Assembly: GCA_002104905.1 (NCBI GenBank)
Contig: MCFE01000286.1
Location: forward strand, 39,056 to 103,055
Source: Basidiobolus meristosporus CBS 931.73
Taxonomy: Eukaryota > Fungi > Basidiobolomycota
Reading direction: 5' to 3'
Length of the DNA stretch: 64,000 nucleotides
A program made the position numbers and the translations under genes. Positions within the stretch are counted from its first letter, which is position 1. The number at the start of each line of letters is the position of its first letter. Below are positions 62,961 through 64,000 of the stretch, piece by piece. The notes beneath the pieces are model-generated. The model was not told where the DNA came from and searched no databases. It saw only the letters and a program-made list of their open reading frames with translations.

Positions 62961-64000
62961 GGTTAGGGGGGAGACAGTCACCAACAGGTGAAATCTTTAT
63001 TTCAGTTGAAACAAAGAAGCAGCGCTACTGTTGTAGCTTTGATACAAGAGTGTGTAGCTGAGGGGAATTTGTAGGTAAGTTAATAAGAAGTGATGATAGT
63101 TCTTCAGTGCTCAAGACACTGTTCAGTGGGAAGGGGGGTAGCAAGAGAGGTAAGAATGACTTGTGAACAACATTAATGAGGGGAATGTGATAAGGATTGA
63201 TATTCATCATAAAGGGAGTGTGCTGCTGCAGATATTGCTGCCAAAGGTCTGTCAAGTACTTCAGGTAGGCCAGCTTGGGCTTTTCTGACTGCAGAATAAA
63301 TTCAGCAAACTTCTTGACTTCAGGATCTCCAAGTATAGTTCTCCAGCAGGAGTCAGGTGTAGTGTGGTGTGTTCTCTTCCAGGCCTTAATCAGTGGGTTG
63401 TTGCAGTTGTGAAGTCTGAGGTATAATCTGGTTCTAAGGTAGAGAAGTCTGATCTTATAGGGCATAAACCCAAAAGCACCAAGAATAGCATGTCTGTAGG
63501 GGCATTCAGGCAAATGAGGCACCAAGGAGGTAATGCACCATACTGCAAACTTGTCAAGCTTAGTGCAGTCTCTAGAAGTAAGAGAGAGAAGTGGTAAGCC
63601 AAATTCCAGGACAGGGAAGACAAACTGCTTGAGTAGAAGGAGGCAGCTGGGAGCTGAAGTTGTAGGAGGAGTAACAGCCAGTAGCTTGTGGAGTGCCTGT
63701 CTTGCCAGGATAATTCTCTTCTTCAGGTGTGCTCCAGAGTCTAGTCCAGTAGGAAGGAAAGGAAAGCCAAGATATGTAGCAGAAACCTGAGCAGGTAGAG
63801 TGGAGTTCTCCAAGTTGATGGGAGAGCCCAAAGGTACTGTCTTTGCAATGGAAAGCTGGAGATTATTCTTCTGCAGATACTGGTGGATGGTCTGGGAGTC
63901 TTGTTGCACATTGGAGGAGGAATATTCTGATGTCATCAGCAAAGAGAGTAACCAGGCAGTCAGCTGAGAGTCTTGGGAAATCATTCAGGAAGATGGCAAA
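62960..64000 (-). mobile_element. LINE copy 2 (3' end and RT C-terminal part; runs off the window)
   Basis: Near-identical to 57943-58983, preceded by GGGTTAGGG. Confidence 0.93.

Overview
A 64-kb window of a eukaryotic genome, almost certainly fungal. An early-diverging lineage such as Basidiobolus is my inference from the 50-150 nt introns, the gene set and an AA11 LPMO fused to CBM5/12. The window runs from core to accessory to telomere-like sequence. (1) 1-20.6 kb holds intron-rich housekeeping genes: the PI4K-alpha 3' part, MAU2/Scc4, CENP-A, PIMT, a TEY MAPK, TAF12, a damaged SGF29, an N-myristoyltransferase with altered signature motifs, and EBP. (2) 21-29.5 kb holds an AA11-CBM5/12 gene with its internally deleted twin, a small GPI-like protein and an Hsp70 pseudogene. 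(3) 29.6-41.3 kb is a nest of Ty1/copia elements with several 5-bp TSDs, including a very young non-autonomous element. (4) 41.5-55.2 kb holds intronless detoxification/secondary-metabolism genes and relics (AAD, TRI101-like, BBE/AA7-like, two YcjY-like hydrolases, a FeeM/LuxI-like GNAT) among solo LTRs. (5) 56-64 kb is the most interesting part: a head-to-tail array of an APE-endonuclease LINE and a short non-coding hairpin-rich partner. Every unit is joined to its neighbour through TTAGGG, in the orientation expected if a telomere G-strand primed reverse transcription. The LINE has no poly(A) tail, has ORF1 and ORF2 separated only by an in-frame TGA-CTA, and showed no CpG over about 4.3 kb in my manual scan. 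All family assignments come from motif recognition by eye; no database searches were run.
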